Assembly: GCA_043803745.1 (NCBI GenBank) | Contig: JAZDJS010000048.1 | Coordinates: 10,714-74,713, forward strand | Origin: an archaeon | GTDB lineage: Archaea > SpSt-1190 > DYHY01 | Length of the DNA stretch: 64,000 nucleotides | Direction: 5' to 3' | In this document: positions 1-9,367 of the stretch, piece by piece | How the letters are laid out: each line of letters opens with the position of its first letter | Numbering within the stretch: position 1 is the stretch's first letter | Position numbers and translations under genes: made by a program | The notes under the pieces: model-generated | What the model was told of the DNA's origin: nothing | Seen by the model: only the letters and a program-made list of their open reading frames with translations | Database searches by the model: none

Positions 1-3000
1 CGGGTTGACGGCGGCTCCTGGGACTGGATGTCCGCTTCCGACGGGAGCTTTAATGAGAACTCCGAGAACGCATACAAAACAATTTCGATTTCAGGTCTTT
101 CTGATGGCGACCACACTGTCGAGGTCCGCTGCGAAGACGAGAACAGCAACTGGGGCGACCCGGTTTCGGCAACCCTGACAAAGGGGACTTCAGACACGAC
201 CGCTCCGGTGACAACCGATGATGTTCCTTCCGGATGGAAGAACACGGATGTCACGGTGACTTTCACCTGCACAGATTCGGGCTCTGGCTGCGACAAGGTC
301 TATTACACAACTGACGGGAGCGAACCTGATTCCGGCTCCTCCTATGTCGATTCAGCCTCAAGCTGGCAGTTCACAATGTCCTCAGAAGGGCAATACACAA
401 TCAAATACAGGGGAGTTGACGTTGCAGGGAACTGGGAAACGACGAAGACTGCAGCAAACCTCCTTAGCATTGACAAGACCGCTCCGGGAATTTCCGGGGC
501 TGCGACAGAAGGCCCTAACGGATTGAATGGCTGGTATGTCTCGGACGTCACGGTAAGATTCGACTGCACAGACGACCTTTCCGGTCCGGTTGAATCCTTC
601 TTTGACATTTTCATGACAACTGACGGAGCTGGCCAGTCGGCTTCCGGAACCTGCTACGACCTTGCGGGGAATTCCGCAGGAACGACTGTCTCGAACATTG
701 ACATTGACAAGACAGTTCCAAGCATTTCCGGGACAGTCAGCCCCTCGCCAAACGGGGATGGCTGGAACAAGGAGGACGCTACAGTCCATTTCGACTGTTC
801 CGACGCAACTTCCGGAATCTCCTCTTGCACATCAGACGTTCTCGTTACGACTGAAGGAGAAACTCTCGTTACCGGGACTGCAATTGACAATGCGGGCAAC
901 TCCGCGACAGCCGACATAACGGTAAAACTTGACAAAACGGATCCGGTCACGGAAAGCTCATTTAACCCGGCAGCCCCAAACGGGCTTAACGGCTGGTATG
1001 TTACCGAACCGGAAATAACCCTGACTTTCACAGACGCAGACCCGTCCTCAGGGAAAAAATGGACGAAATACAAGGTCAATGGCGGAGATGCTGAGACATA
1101 TTCGGCTCCGTTCGCGCTTCCCGAAGGAATCCACGAACTGAAATTCCACTCAAAGGACAGGGCGGACAACACTGAGGGCTGGAACACAATCTCGAACATA
1201 AAGGTCGACACGACTGCTCCCGAAGCGCCCGAATTCTCGGGAACTTCCCCATACTATGACGGAGACGGGGACTTTTACGTTTCCTGGAGCTCTTCGAGCG
1301 ATGCGACATCGGGAATAAGGGGCTATGCCCTATACCGGTCGCTTAACGAAGGGTCGTTCGTCCTCATGGGAGTTTTCCTCGACACAACCTACCACGAGCA
1401 AAGCCCCGGAATCGATTCAAGATACGGCTACAAGGTTTCCGCAATTGACAATGCGGGGAACGAAGGGGCTCAGAGCGAAGAGAAGGTTGTCGTAGTCGAC
1501 AGGATGGACCCGACAGCGCCGCTTATGCACGACCTTCCGCCATATATCGGCGAAACAGAGGTTACTGCCTCCTGGGACCATGCGGCTGACACCGGCGTCT
1601 ATCCTTCCGGAATATCGACATATGATGTCTATGTGAATAGCGCACTTGACGGCAGCACAACATATCCGGACAACGACTATTACAAGGACTCGCTTGCGAA
1701 CGAGCAGACCTACCTTTTCAAGACGAATGCCTGGGACAAATCAGACCCTGCAAACGAGGGTCCGATGTCAAACGAGGTCGGGACAACTGTCGACCTGACT
1801 GACCCGGTCACAACCGCGATTTTCAACCCGGAGACTCCGAACGGGAACAACGGCTGGTATATCTCAAGACCGTCGATAACTCTTTCGGCAGTTGATTCGG
1901 GCTCGGGCGTCTACAAGACATATTATTGCTTCGACCAGATTGCTTCTGGAACCAGTTCCCTTGATGTTGAGACTGAGGAGACTGAGGAGACTGGGGACAA
2001 CGAGACTGTTGAAGGCGACCGCTGGCATCCGACAACAACAACGACTGTCGCACCAACACCATGCACGCCATCCGCCGAATACACAGGACCCTTCCAGATA
2101 GACACGGAAGGGACCAACTATGTCAGGTTCTATTCGGTTGACAACGTCGGGAATGTGGAAACGGTCAATGAAGTCTCATTCAAGCAGGACCTTAACGAGC
2201 CGACGAACCAGTGGTTTTTCCTCAATGGAGGCAATTACTATTCGGACGACTCTGACGTTGGAGCGTGGTATGATTCCGGGAAGGATACAAGCAAAGGCAG
2301 CGGACTTGACTATTGCGTAATTGACTGGGGAGACGATTCCCAGACAACTGTCTCGAAATCAAGCAACCACGTGCACCACACATATGCCGACGGCGAATAT
2401 ACCGCAAGCTATGTCTGCTATGACAATGCGGGGCACTCGAGCGAGCCTGAAACCGACGAGATTTTCGTTGACACGGTAGACCCGGCAACATCAGCTGCGC
2501 TCAATCCGGCGGAGCCGGACGGGGACAACGGCTGGTATGTTTCTGAGGTTGAAGTCGCTCTGACTGCAACAGACCCGGAGCCAGCATCGGGAATATACCG
2601 GACCTATTACTGCGTTGACCAGATTCCAGATGGGAGCGGCGACGACGCAATTGAAGGAACTGAAGTTGACGGCGACTGGGGATGGCATCCTCCAAGGCCT
2701 TGCACTCCGAACACAAGATATACGCATCCGTTCGACGTCTCTGATGACGGGACGAACTATGTGCGGTTCTATTCCGTTGACAAGGCTGGAAACGAGGAAG
2801 AAACCCAGACAATCTCTTTCAAGCAGGACGAGACAAACCCGGAAACCGACCACTCGGTTTCCCCAAGGAACCCTGACGGGGACAACGAATGGTATGTCTC
2901 GGAAGTTGACGTGACTCTTGACGCTGACGATGACACATCCGGCGTCTACCAGACACTCTACTGCGTGAAGCAAAGCCTTGCCTGCGAAGAAGAGGAAGAA

Positions 3001-4239
3001 GGGGATGGCGAACCGGAACCAACTTGGTGGCATCCCCCTGCGCCGGAAGAGCCTGAATGCGAACCGGACACTCTCTATGACGGGACTTTCACAGTGCTTC
3101 TAGAAGGGAAGACCTCAGTAACCTACATGTCAATTGACAATGCGGGAAACGAGGAGGAAATGCACACCTTCTCGTTCAAGCAGGACTGGACCGACCCGAC
3201 AACGACAGCGACAACCGACCCGTCCGAACCGAACGGGAACAACAGCTGGTTCAACTCAACAGTTCAGTTCAACCTTACCGCTGTTGACGGGCGTGCTGAA
3301 ACGCCTTCCGAACCGGAAGGGGAAACAATCGAATCCGGCTGCTTCTGGTGGTGGTGGCAGCATCCGCCTGCGGATGGAGAAGTTCCATGCACCTCTGGAG
3401 TCCACAGAACGTACTATTGCATTGACTATGGCGCGGAAACTGGGGTTGTCGGCTGCTCAGCCGAATCCGAGGATTGCGGGGCATGCTACCCGAGGACAAG
3501 ATACACGGAGCCTCTGAACCTGACCTATGAGGGACTGCAAACAATCCGGTTCTTCTCGGTTGACAAGGCCGGTAACCGCGAGGGAATCCAGGAACAGGGA
3601 ATCTGGATTGACACGGTTGCCCCGGAAAGCACAATAACTGCTCCGGCGAACATGTCGAACTATTCGGCAATCGGGACCCTTGTAATCAGGGGGAACAGCT
3701 CGGACGAGACAAGCGAAATCTTCGCAGTCGAAGTTGTTGTCAAGAACGCGGGAGGCTATGCGCTGATGAACTGGACCGCTTCCGAAATTAACGCGACAGG
3801 GGACTGGAATTTCACCTGGACGCCTGGCGGATACGGGACCTACTACATAAGCTCGAGGGCAATCGATGCTGCGGGTAACTTTGAAACGGAGCCGGAAGAG
3901 ATTGTTGTCTACTTCCCGGAGCCGCCTCTCAAGGTGCAAACCTATGGCGGGTTCTACGTAAGGACCTGTGGCAACGGGGTCTGCAACGCGAACATCGGCG
4001 AGAACGAACGGACCTGTCCGGAAGACTGCAAGGCTCCTGAAGAGGAAGAGCCTCTTGAGAACGCCGAAGAGCTAGTCAACCAAGTGACGACAACGACGGT
4101 CCAGCCGACGACAACGACGACGGTCCAACCCCAGCAAGGGACGCTTAACCCGAGACCGGGAATGCTCCCAACAGGACGGTTCGTCCTTTTCGACCTGGCG
4201 GACCAGTTCTGGCAGTGGCTGTCTGGTTTGATGCAGTAA
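1..4239 (+). CDS. Giant Ig-like/FN3-repeat cell-surface protein (5'-truncated by the window edge)
   Basis: Frame is open from base 1 (RVDGGSWDW-M...). Recurrent D.T.P.T / G.NGWY / SVD.AGN.E repeat motifs, FN3-like and PKD-like (IDWGDD) segments, C-terminal CGNGVC...ETCPEDC module, Thr-rich linker and terminal amphipathic helix. Confidence 0.85.
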   Translation, partial: RVDGGSWDWMSASDGSFNENSENAYKTISISGLSDGDHTVEVRCEDENSNWGDPVSATLTKGTSDTTAPVTTDDVPSGWKNTDVTVTFTCTDSGSGCDKVYYTTDGSEPDSGSSYVDSASSWQFTMSSEGQYTIKYRGVDVAGNWETTKTAANLLSIDKTAPGISGAATEGPNGLNGWYVSDVTVRFDCTDDLSGPVESFFDIFMTTDGAGQSASGTCYDLAGNSAGTTVSNIDIDKTVPSISGTVSPSPNGDGWNKEDATVHFDCSDATSGISSCTSDVLVTTEGETLVTGTAIDNAGNSATADITVKLDKTDPVTESSFNPAAPNGLNGWYVTEPEITLTFTDADPSSGKKWTKYKVNGGDAETYSAPFALPEGIHELKFHSKDRADNTEGWNTISNIKVDTTAPEAPEFSGTSPYYDGDGDFYVSWSSSSDATSGIRGYALYRSLNEGSFVLMGVFLDTTYHEQSPGIDSRYGYKVSAIDNAGNEGAQSEEKVVVVDRMDPTAPLMHDLPPYIGETEVTASWDHAADTGVYPSGISTYDVYVNSALDGSTTYPDNDYYKDSLANEQTYLFKTNAWDKSDPANEGPMSNEVGTTVDLTDPVTTAIFNPETPNGNNGWYISRPSITLSAVDSGSGVYKTYYCFDQIASGTSSLDVETEETEETGDNETVEGDRWHPTTTTTVAPTPCTPSAEYTGPFQIDTEGTNYVRFYSVDNVGNVETVNEVSFKQDLNEPTNQWFFLNGGNYYSDDSDVGAWYDSGKDTSKGSGLDYCVIDWGDDSQTTVSKSSNHVHHTYADGEYTASYVCYDNAGHSSEPETDEIFVDTVDPATSAALNPAEPDGDNGWYVSEVEVALTATDPEPASGIYRTYYCVDQIPDGSGDDAIEGTEVDGDWGWHPPRPCTPNTRYTHPFDVSDDGTNYVRFYSVDKAGNEEETQTISFKQDETNPETDHSVSPRNPDGDNEWYVSEVDVTLDADDDTSGVYQTLYCVKQSLACEEEEEGDGEPEPTWWHPPAPEEPECEPDTLYDGTFTVLLEGKTSVTYMSIDNAGNEEEMHTFSFKQDWTDPTTTATTDPSEPNGNNSWFNSTVQFNLTAVDGRAETPSEPEGETIESGCFWWWWQHPPADGEVPCTSGVHRTYYCIDYGAETGVVGCSAESEDCGACYPRTRYTEPLNLTYEGLQTIRFFSVDKAGNREGIQEQGIWIDTVAPESTITAPANMSNYSAIGTLVIRGNSSDETSEIFAVEVVVKNAGGYALMNWTASEINATGDWNFTWTPGGYGTYYISSRAIDAAGNFETEPEEIVVYFPEPPLKVQTYGGFYVRTCGNGVCNANIGENERTCPEDCKAPEEEEPLENAEELVNQVTTTTVQPTTTTTVQPQQGTLNPRPGMLPTGRFVLFDLADQFWQWLSGLMQ

Positions 4240-4257
4240 GGTAGGCAAGGAGAAAGA

Positions 4258-4294
4258 GTCCCCAAGAGGGGACCTTTTTCTTTTTTATTTTTTA
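4258..4294 (+). terminator. Hairpin plus oligo-T terminator
   Basis: GTCCCC-AAGA-GGGGAC stem-loop followed by T-tracts, 19 bp after the stop codon. Confidence 0.6.
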
Positions 4295-4339
4295 TCGGAC
4301 CAGCCAAAGCAATAAAAGCGGGACGTTATTGTTCCAGAA

Positions 4340-5272
4340 ATGAAAGTCTATTTCCTTTCTCCGAACAGGAAGCAGCTGATTTTTCCGGAGGCGGAAGCAA
4401 GGCTTGCCGGGCTGGACGTGCATTTTGAGGAGAAGAAGAAGAAACCCCTGGAGAAAGTCAAGGGGCTCCTTTCGCCCGGGGAGAAGATTCTCGCGCTCGA
4501 CCCGGACTTTTGCTCCTGGAACTTCCCGAAACGGGAGCTGGAAAAAATCCCGGACCTGAAAGCAATCTGCCTCCAGACGACCTCGTTCTCCTGGGTTGAT
4601 TGTTCCGCTGCGAAGGAACGGGGAACCCCGGTGATCAACGTCAGGAACTATTCGACCGATTCGGTTGCGGAATGGGCGGTCCTGATGGCTTTGATGGTCG
4701 GACGGAAAATCCCGCTCGTTCTCAAGGACAAACTGAAGAGGAATATTGCTCGCCACAAAGGCTTCGGGACCGATGGGAAGGTTGCGGGAATAATCGGCTT
4801 AGGTCATATTGGGAAAAGGATCGCTGAGCTCTGCCTCGGACTTGGAATGGATGTGATCTATTGGTCAAGGGCTTCGCGGGACAGCCGTTTCCGGCTCGCC
4901 GGCGGACTTGCAGAGATTTTTGAGACTGCAGATTTCATTTTCCCCGCCCTTGCCAAGAATGAGGAGAGTGCGAAACTGATAACAGACGACTTTCTGAAAA
5001 GGATGAAAGGGACGGCGATTTTCACAAGCATTGTCCACGCGGTTTACAACGAGAAGCTGCTTTTGAGGCTTGCCGAAGCGGGAAAAATAGGCGGCTATGC
5101 TTTCGAGTTCGAGCCGGGCGAGGAGAAGAAATTCTCAAAGCTTTCCGGGAACATACTTGCGCTCCCGGGGCTTGCCTGGGCAACAGACAGTTCGTTCAGG
5201 CGGAACGGAGAGATTTGGGTGGAGAACATCCTGAAAGCGGCAAAAGGGGATTTTTCCGGACGGATTAACTGA
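4340..5272 (+). CDS. D-isomer-specific 2-hydroxyacid dehydrogenase family NAD-binding protein
   Basis: SVAEWA motif, Rossmann GIIGLGHIG, MKGTAIF segment. Canonical Arg/His catalytic positions look divergent. Confidence 0.85.
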   Translation: MKVYFLSPNRKQLIFPEAEARLAGLDVHFEEKKKKPLEKVKGLLSPGEKILALDPDFCSWNFPKRELEKIPDLKAICLQTTSFSWVDCSAAKERGTPVINVRNYSTDSVAEWAVLMALMVGRKIPLVLKDKLKRNIARHKGFGTDGKVAGIIGLGHIGKRIAELCLGLGMDVIYWSRASRDSRFRLAGGLAEIFETADFIFPALAKNEESAKLITDDFLKRMKGTAIFTSIVHAVYNEKLLLRLAEAGKIGGYAFEFEPGEEKKFSKLSGNILALPGLAWATDSSFRRNGEIWVENILKAAKGDFSGRIN

Positions 5273-6477
5273 ATTTTCTTTTTCCCCTGTCCGTGCTGCG
5301 GCACCGAGGGTCTGAGGACCAAACGGTTTTTTCCGAAGGAAAAAGGAGTTCAAGAAGTCAAGAAGTTTCAGAACGGCACTGTCGAGCCATCAGGCGAAGA
5401 TAGTGCGCTTTCCCCGAGGGCTTTTGCAAAGGGCTCGAGAATGGCGCCAAGACAGTCAAGAAAAAGGGTTTCCGGAAGCGCGCAAGCGACCTGATAAAAA
5501 TGGCGTTTCCCGTGAACGGACTTTTTCCAGAGGAAAAAAGGGGTTCTGGAATGGCGTAAGCCCATCATTGGCCGACATTTCCCTTTTCAGGGTTCGTCCG
5601 TTTCTTCTAGGACACCTCAGGGCCTTTTTGTGTTTGCTTGCTTGTTTGCTGCTCTTTGTTTTTTCCCGGGCCAGCGACAAATCCGGACCGGGGTCTCGTT
5701 TGTGGAGCGACGAACCTGCCCTTATACGCCTTGGGGCGAGTCCATCTCTCGTTTCTTCGTTCTCTCTATTCTCCGAAGGTCACCGGGTCCGGATCGTGAC
5801 CGGACGCTTTCCCTGTTTCGGGGAGTGTGCCCTGCAGATTTTTTCTGTGGGTTCTGTCTGTTGGACAGGGGTGAGAAAGTTGCTGAGCTAACAGCAACCT
5901 CCGTTTCTGTTCCTTCTGCGGCTACTAGAACTGGCTAGTTGTTGAGATCCAGTTCCACGCATTCTCTCTTTTTTGACAGGACTAGGAGTTGCGGAGCGAT
6001 GAATGTGATTTAGGCAGGTAAGCGGTGATGAACTGCCGCGTCCCCTCAGGGCGCTATAATGGGTTTTATGGGGGTGGCTTTCTGGAAGAACAAAGCCCCC
6101 AAGGGGACGGCTGGCTGTCGGAAACCGGCTTACAGGGCTCAGACAATTCTTCCCGCAGCCGCAGCCTATGAGGGCTGCGGCCGTAATTGGGGTTTTTGGG
6201 GTTTGGCTGGTGAGAAGTTGCATGGAAGAAAAGCCCTCGGAAACCCTTAAGGTAAGCCGGTTTGACTGGGAATTTGTCATTTGATTATTTTTCTTTCCTT
6301 AGTTTTCTTTTCTGATTCTTTTTTGGTTGTTTGAAGAGTGGGGTGACGGAAGGGCCGGCGCCTGCCGGCCAATCCGCTCTTTTTTTTCCCGCTCTCGTGT
6401 TTCTCTTCGTTCTTTTGCTCTTGCCGCGTGTCTGGTTTGCGTTTTGCTGCGGCTTCTTCTTGTCTTTGTTCGTCTGT

Positions 6478-7545
6478 TTAGGCAAGCACAGGTATTCCAA
6501 GGCTGTTTGCTGTCTGCTTCGTCCTCACTGAAGTTTCCCTTGGATTCACTGCGCCGAGGATGTGAGGCGACTTTACTCCGGTAATTATCGTCATTACGCG
6601 GATTGAGCCTTCCAGTGCCGGGTCGATTCTCGCTCCCCAGATTACTGATGCGCCCGCATCCATGTCCTTCGCTACAAGGTCTCCGATCGTGTTGACCTCG
6701 TCCAGCGTCATGTCCGGTCCTCCGACAACATGCACCATTGCGCCGGTTGCGCCCTTGTAGTCAACATCGAGCAACGGGTTCGAAAGCGCCTTCCGGACAG
6801 CTTCCTCAGCGCGGTTCTCGCTTGTCGATTCCCCGACTCCGATTACCGCAACCCCGCCGTTTGACATTACTGCCTTGACGTCCGCATAGTCTAGGTTGAC
6901 AAGGCTTGGAACTGCAATCGTCTCGACAATCCCCTTGATCATTGTTGCAATCAATTCGTCTGCAACAGCGAATGCCTGGGCAATTGGGAGCTTTCCTGCA
7001 ACCTCGACGAGCCTGTTGTTGTCAATCACGATTACGGTGTCCGTCGTCTGCCTGAGCTCATAGAGTCCCGCTTCAGCCTTGAAAATCCGCGCCTTTTCCA
7101 TTTTGAAAGGCATCGTCACAACGCCGATTACAATCGAGCCCTGTTCCTTCGCAAGCTGCGCAACGACTGGCGCGCTACCGGTTCCGGTTCCTCCGCCCAT
7201 TCCAGCAGTCACAAAGACCAGGTCACAGTTTCTGAGAGAATCCTTTATTTCGTTCCTCGCTTCCTCAGCTGCCGCCCTTCCGACTTCTGGATATCCGCCA
7301 GCCCCAAGGCCTTTTGTAAGGTCGCGTCCGATCAAGATCTTCTTGTCAGCTTCCCTTGCATCAAGGTGTAGCTTGTCTGTGTTGAGAGCTACAACCGTCG
7401 CGCCCTGTATCCCAAGCCTGTAAAGCCTGTCTGCAGTGTTGTTTCCGGCTCCTCCACAGCCGACTACCACTATCCTGGCTTGGCCGACTTCAAAGTCTGC
7501 CCCAGGTCTTGCCGCGTTTGCCGCACTTTGTAGGACGTAGTCCAT
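6478..7545 (-). CDS. ftsZ: Cell division protein FtsZ (FtsZ2-type)
   Basis: GCGGAGNN, GMGGGTGTG tubulin signature, NLDYAD T7 loop; PFKMEKAR resembles archaeal FtsZ2. Confidence 0.97.
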   Translation of the reverse strand: MDYVLQSAANAARPGADFEVGQARIVVVGCGGAGNNTADRLYRLGIQGATVVALNTDKLHLDAREADKKILIGRDLTKGLGAGGYPEVGRAAAEEARNEIKDSLRNCDLVFVTAGMGGGTGTGSAPVVAQLAKEQGSIVIGVVTMPFKMEKARIFKAEAGLYELRQTTDTVIVIDNNRLVEVAGKLPIAQAFAVADELIATMIKGIVETIAVPSLVNLDYADVKAVMSNGGVAVIGVGESTSENRAEEAVRKALSNPLLDVDYKGATGAMVHVVGGPDMTLDEVNTIGDLVAKDMDAGASVIWGARIDPALEGSIRVMTIITGVKSPHILGAVNPRETSVRTKQTANSLGIPVLA

Positions 7546-7688
7546 TTTCTTTTTTCACCCCGGTCATTTCTTTCTTTGACACTTTCCCGGTCCATTTCCC
7601 GGACGTTTGCCCGAGGATTGCATCGGAGTGCCGAAATGACTATATACCTTGGATAGCGTTAGCTACCCCAAGAAGTTCGAAAACAATT

Positions 7689-7802
7689 GAACCTTACCAG
7701 TTCAAGAAAATAGAATTTCAACTACCAAACTAGAAAAGACGGAAAGGACCTGTCCGAAACGCTTACCAGGCGTCCGGGCAAATGCCAAGAAACCGTTACC
7801 AG
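7689..7802. repeat. Three GAA(A)C-N(1-2)-TTACCAG direct repeats upstream of ftsZ
   Basis: GAACCTTACCAG 7689-7700, GAAACGCTTACCAG 7756-7769, GAAACCGTTACCAG 7789-7802. Confidence 0.55.
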
Positions 7803-8004
7803 CGGCTCTTGCGCGTTGCGAATCCTACTTCTCTTTCCGCCGTTTTGATATATATCCCTAGTTGCACTCTGAATACTGCTATCAAATCAGTGTAGCCAAG
7901 AGCAATAATTGAAGTTTGGCGTTCTAGGCGCTGAATCCCCGGAATTCTTGAATTGACCCTTTGCGGATAGTCACTTTTTTGAGTAGTATTTATACCTGAA
8001 AGAG

Positions 8005-8826
8005 TCAGGCAATTTTCTTCAGCCGGATGTATTCCTCTCCGGCAGCAGTTTCAATTGGTTCAGCCTCGAAAGAATATCTCGGTCCCTGCCAAACTCCGTC
8101 CTTCGGATGGATTTTTTCCGGAGAAAAATTGCAGTTTTGCGTGCGGCAACGGAGTATGCGATCGTAAGTTGAGATTTTGGCGCTCAATTTGGTTACCTCC
8201 GCAGGATTGCTCGAGTCAATTAGCAGTAACCCTCCCGGAACAAGCACTTTGTCAAATGCGGCAAGCTGCCTGTCGAGAAGCGATTCAAGTTGATATGCCG
8301 CGTGCCAGGTTGCGCCAAGCCGGTCGTACACCAAATGCGCGGAGGAAGCTTCAAGAGGAGGCTTGAGTGCATTTGCAGCAACAAGGACCGGCTGTTTTCC
8401 GCATCCAGTAAGCTCGTGGAGACTCTTTGTTTCGAGCGGCCGTTCAAGGACTGGATAGCCCGGCGGAGGATTCCCGTCCAGACTGGATTGGTCGTAGAAA
8501 TATTGCCAGCCGAGCTTCTCGCCCGCAGCCCTCACCAGCTCGCTGACAAGGTCTCCGCCAACAACAAGGGCGGGCTTGCCCCTCTCGGAAAGCTCCCTGT
8601 GAAAAACTTCGGTTGAATGCTGCATGTTGCCCGAGGGAATCCAGCAAACTGGCGTTTCTCCGGCTGTCGAACCCAGCAGAGCAAGTTCGGCAACTGCGAA
8701 TTCCGCTGCTGCGGAAAAGAGGGGCTCTGAAATCTCCCTGAGTTCCGCGTCCCAGTCTACATCCTCGCCGCCAGGCAGGTACATTTTCCTGATTCTTGAA
8801 GCAAGCGTTCTGCCGAGAAAATCCAT
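8005..8826 (-). CDS. Hypothetical protein, weak class I SAM-methyltransferase-like C-terminus
   Basis: 273-aa ORF with a TATA-like element upstream; VLVPGGLLLID resembles the MTase L.PGG motif. Confidence 0.6.
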   Translation of the reverse strand: MDFLGRTLASRIRKMYLPGGEDVDWDAELREISEPLFSAAAEFAVAELALLGSTAGETPVCWIPSGNMQHSTEVFHRELSERGKPALVVGGDLVSELVRAAGEKLGWQYFYDQSSLDGNPPPGYPVLERPLETKSLHELTGCGKQPVLVAANALKPPLEASSAHLVYDRLGATWHAAYQLESLLDRQLAAFDKVLVPGGLLLIDSSNPAEVTKLSAKISTYDRILRCRTQNCNFSPEKIHPKDGVWQGPRYSFEAEPIETAAGEEYIRLKKIA

Positions 8827-8913
8827 TGTTTAAACTGGCAACTGCTACTTTATAATAGTTACTCACTCGAAAGTGAAAAGAAAACCTTAAAAATTCCAGA
8901 TGAGACTAATCAT

Positions 8914-9321
8914 ATGGGCGACCGTTATACAGTAGAGGATTTTGACAGGTATTTGCGAACTGCCGCAACGGAAATTGTGAATAGACATTATCAGGCGACG
9001 GCCCAGGCGGCGGCAGATGCAATCGGGATTGCGGCAGACGTTTCTCTCAGTCCAGAAGAATCTGGAAAATATTCCGGCGTTCCCGAGGAACTCCTCGCGA
9101 TTTCCAAGGCCCTTTTCGACCTCACTGCAAACAGCTCGGCTTTGCTTAAAAGGGATTCCAACCCGGCTAAACTGAAGACTCTTGCAGTAAGCAGACTTGA
9201 ACGCGCTGATTTCGGGAAAATCGGAGCGGTCTTGGGTCCGGACCTAGCGGGCTGCCTTGAGGGAATCGTGGAAGAAAAAACCAACGAATACCATCGCGCC
9301 GAGTGGATCAATGTGGACTAA
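8914..9321 (+). CDS. Hypothetical helical protein
   Basis: 135-aa ORF with AAAACCTTAAAA BRE/TATA about 25 bp upstream. Confidence 0.65.
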   Translation: MGDRYTVEDFDRYLRTAATEIVNRHYQATAQAAADAIGIAADVSLSPEESGKYSGVPEELLAISKALFDLTANSSALLKRDSNPAKLKTLAVSRLERADFGKIGAVLGPDLAGCLEGIVEEKTNEYHRAEWINVD

Positions 9322-9367
9322 TTCATTTTGAAAAATATATAAGTCCCGAACGCACCGGAACTTCCGG

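Noticed and set aside
5403-6280. ORFs 5403-5891 (+) and 5888-6280 (-)
   Set aside because: Atypical R/S/F-rich composition and no motifs; treated as non-coding.
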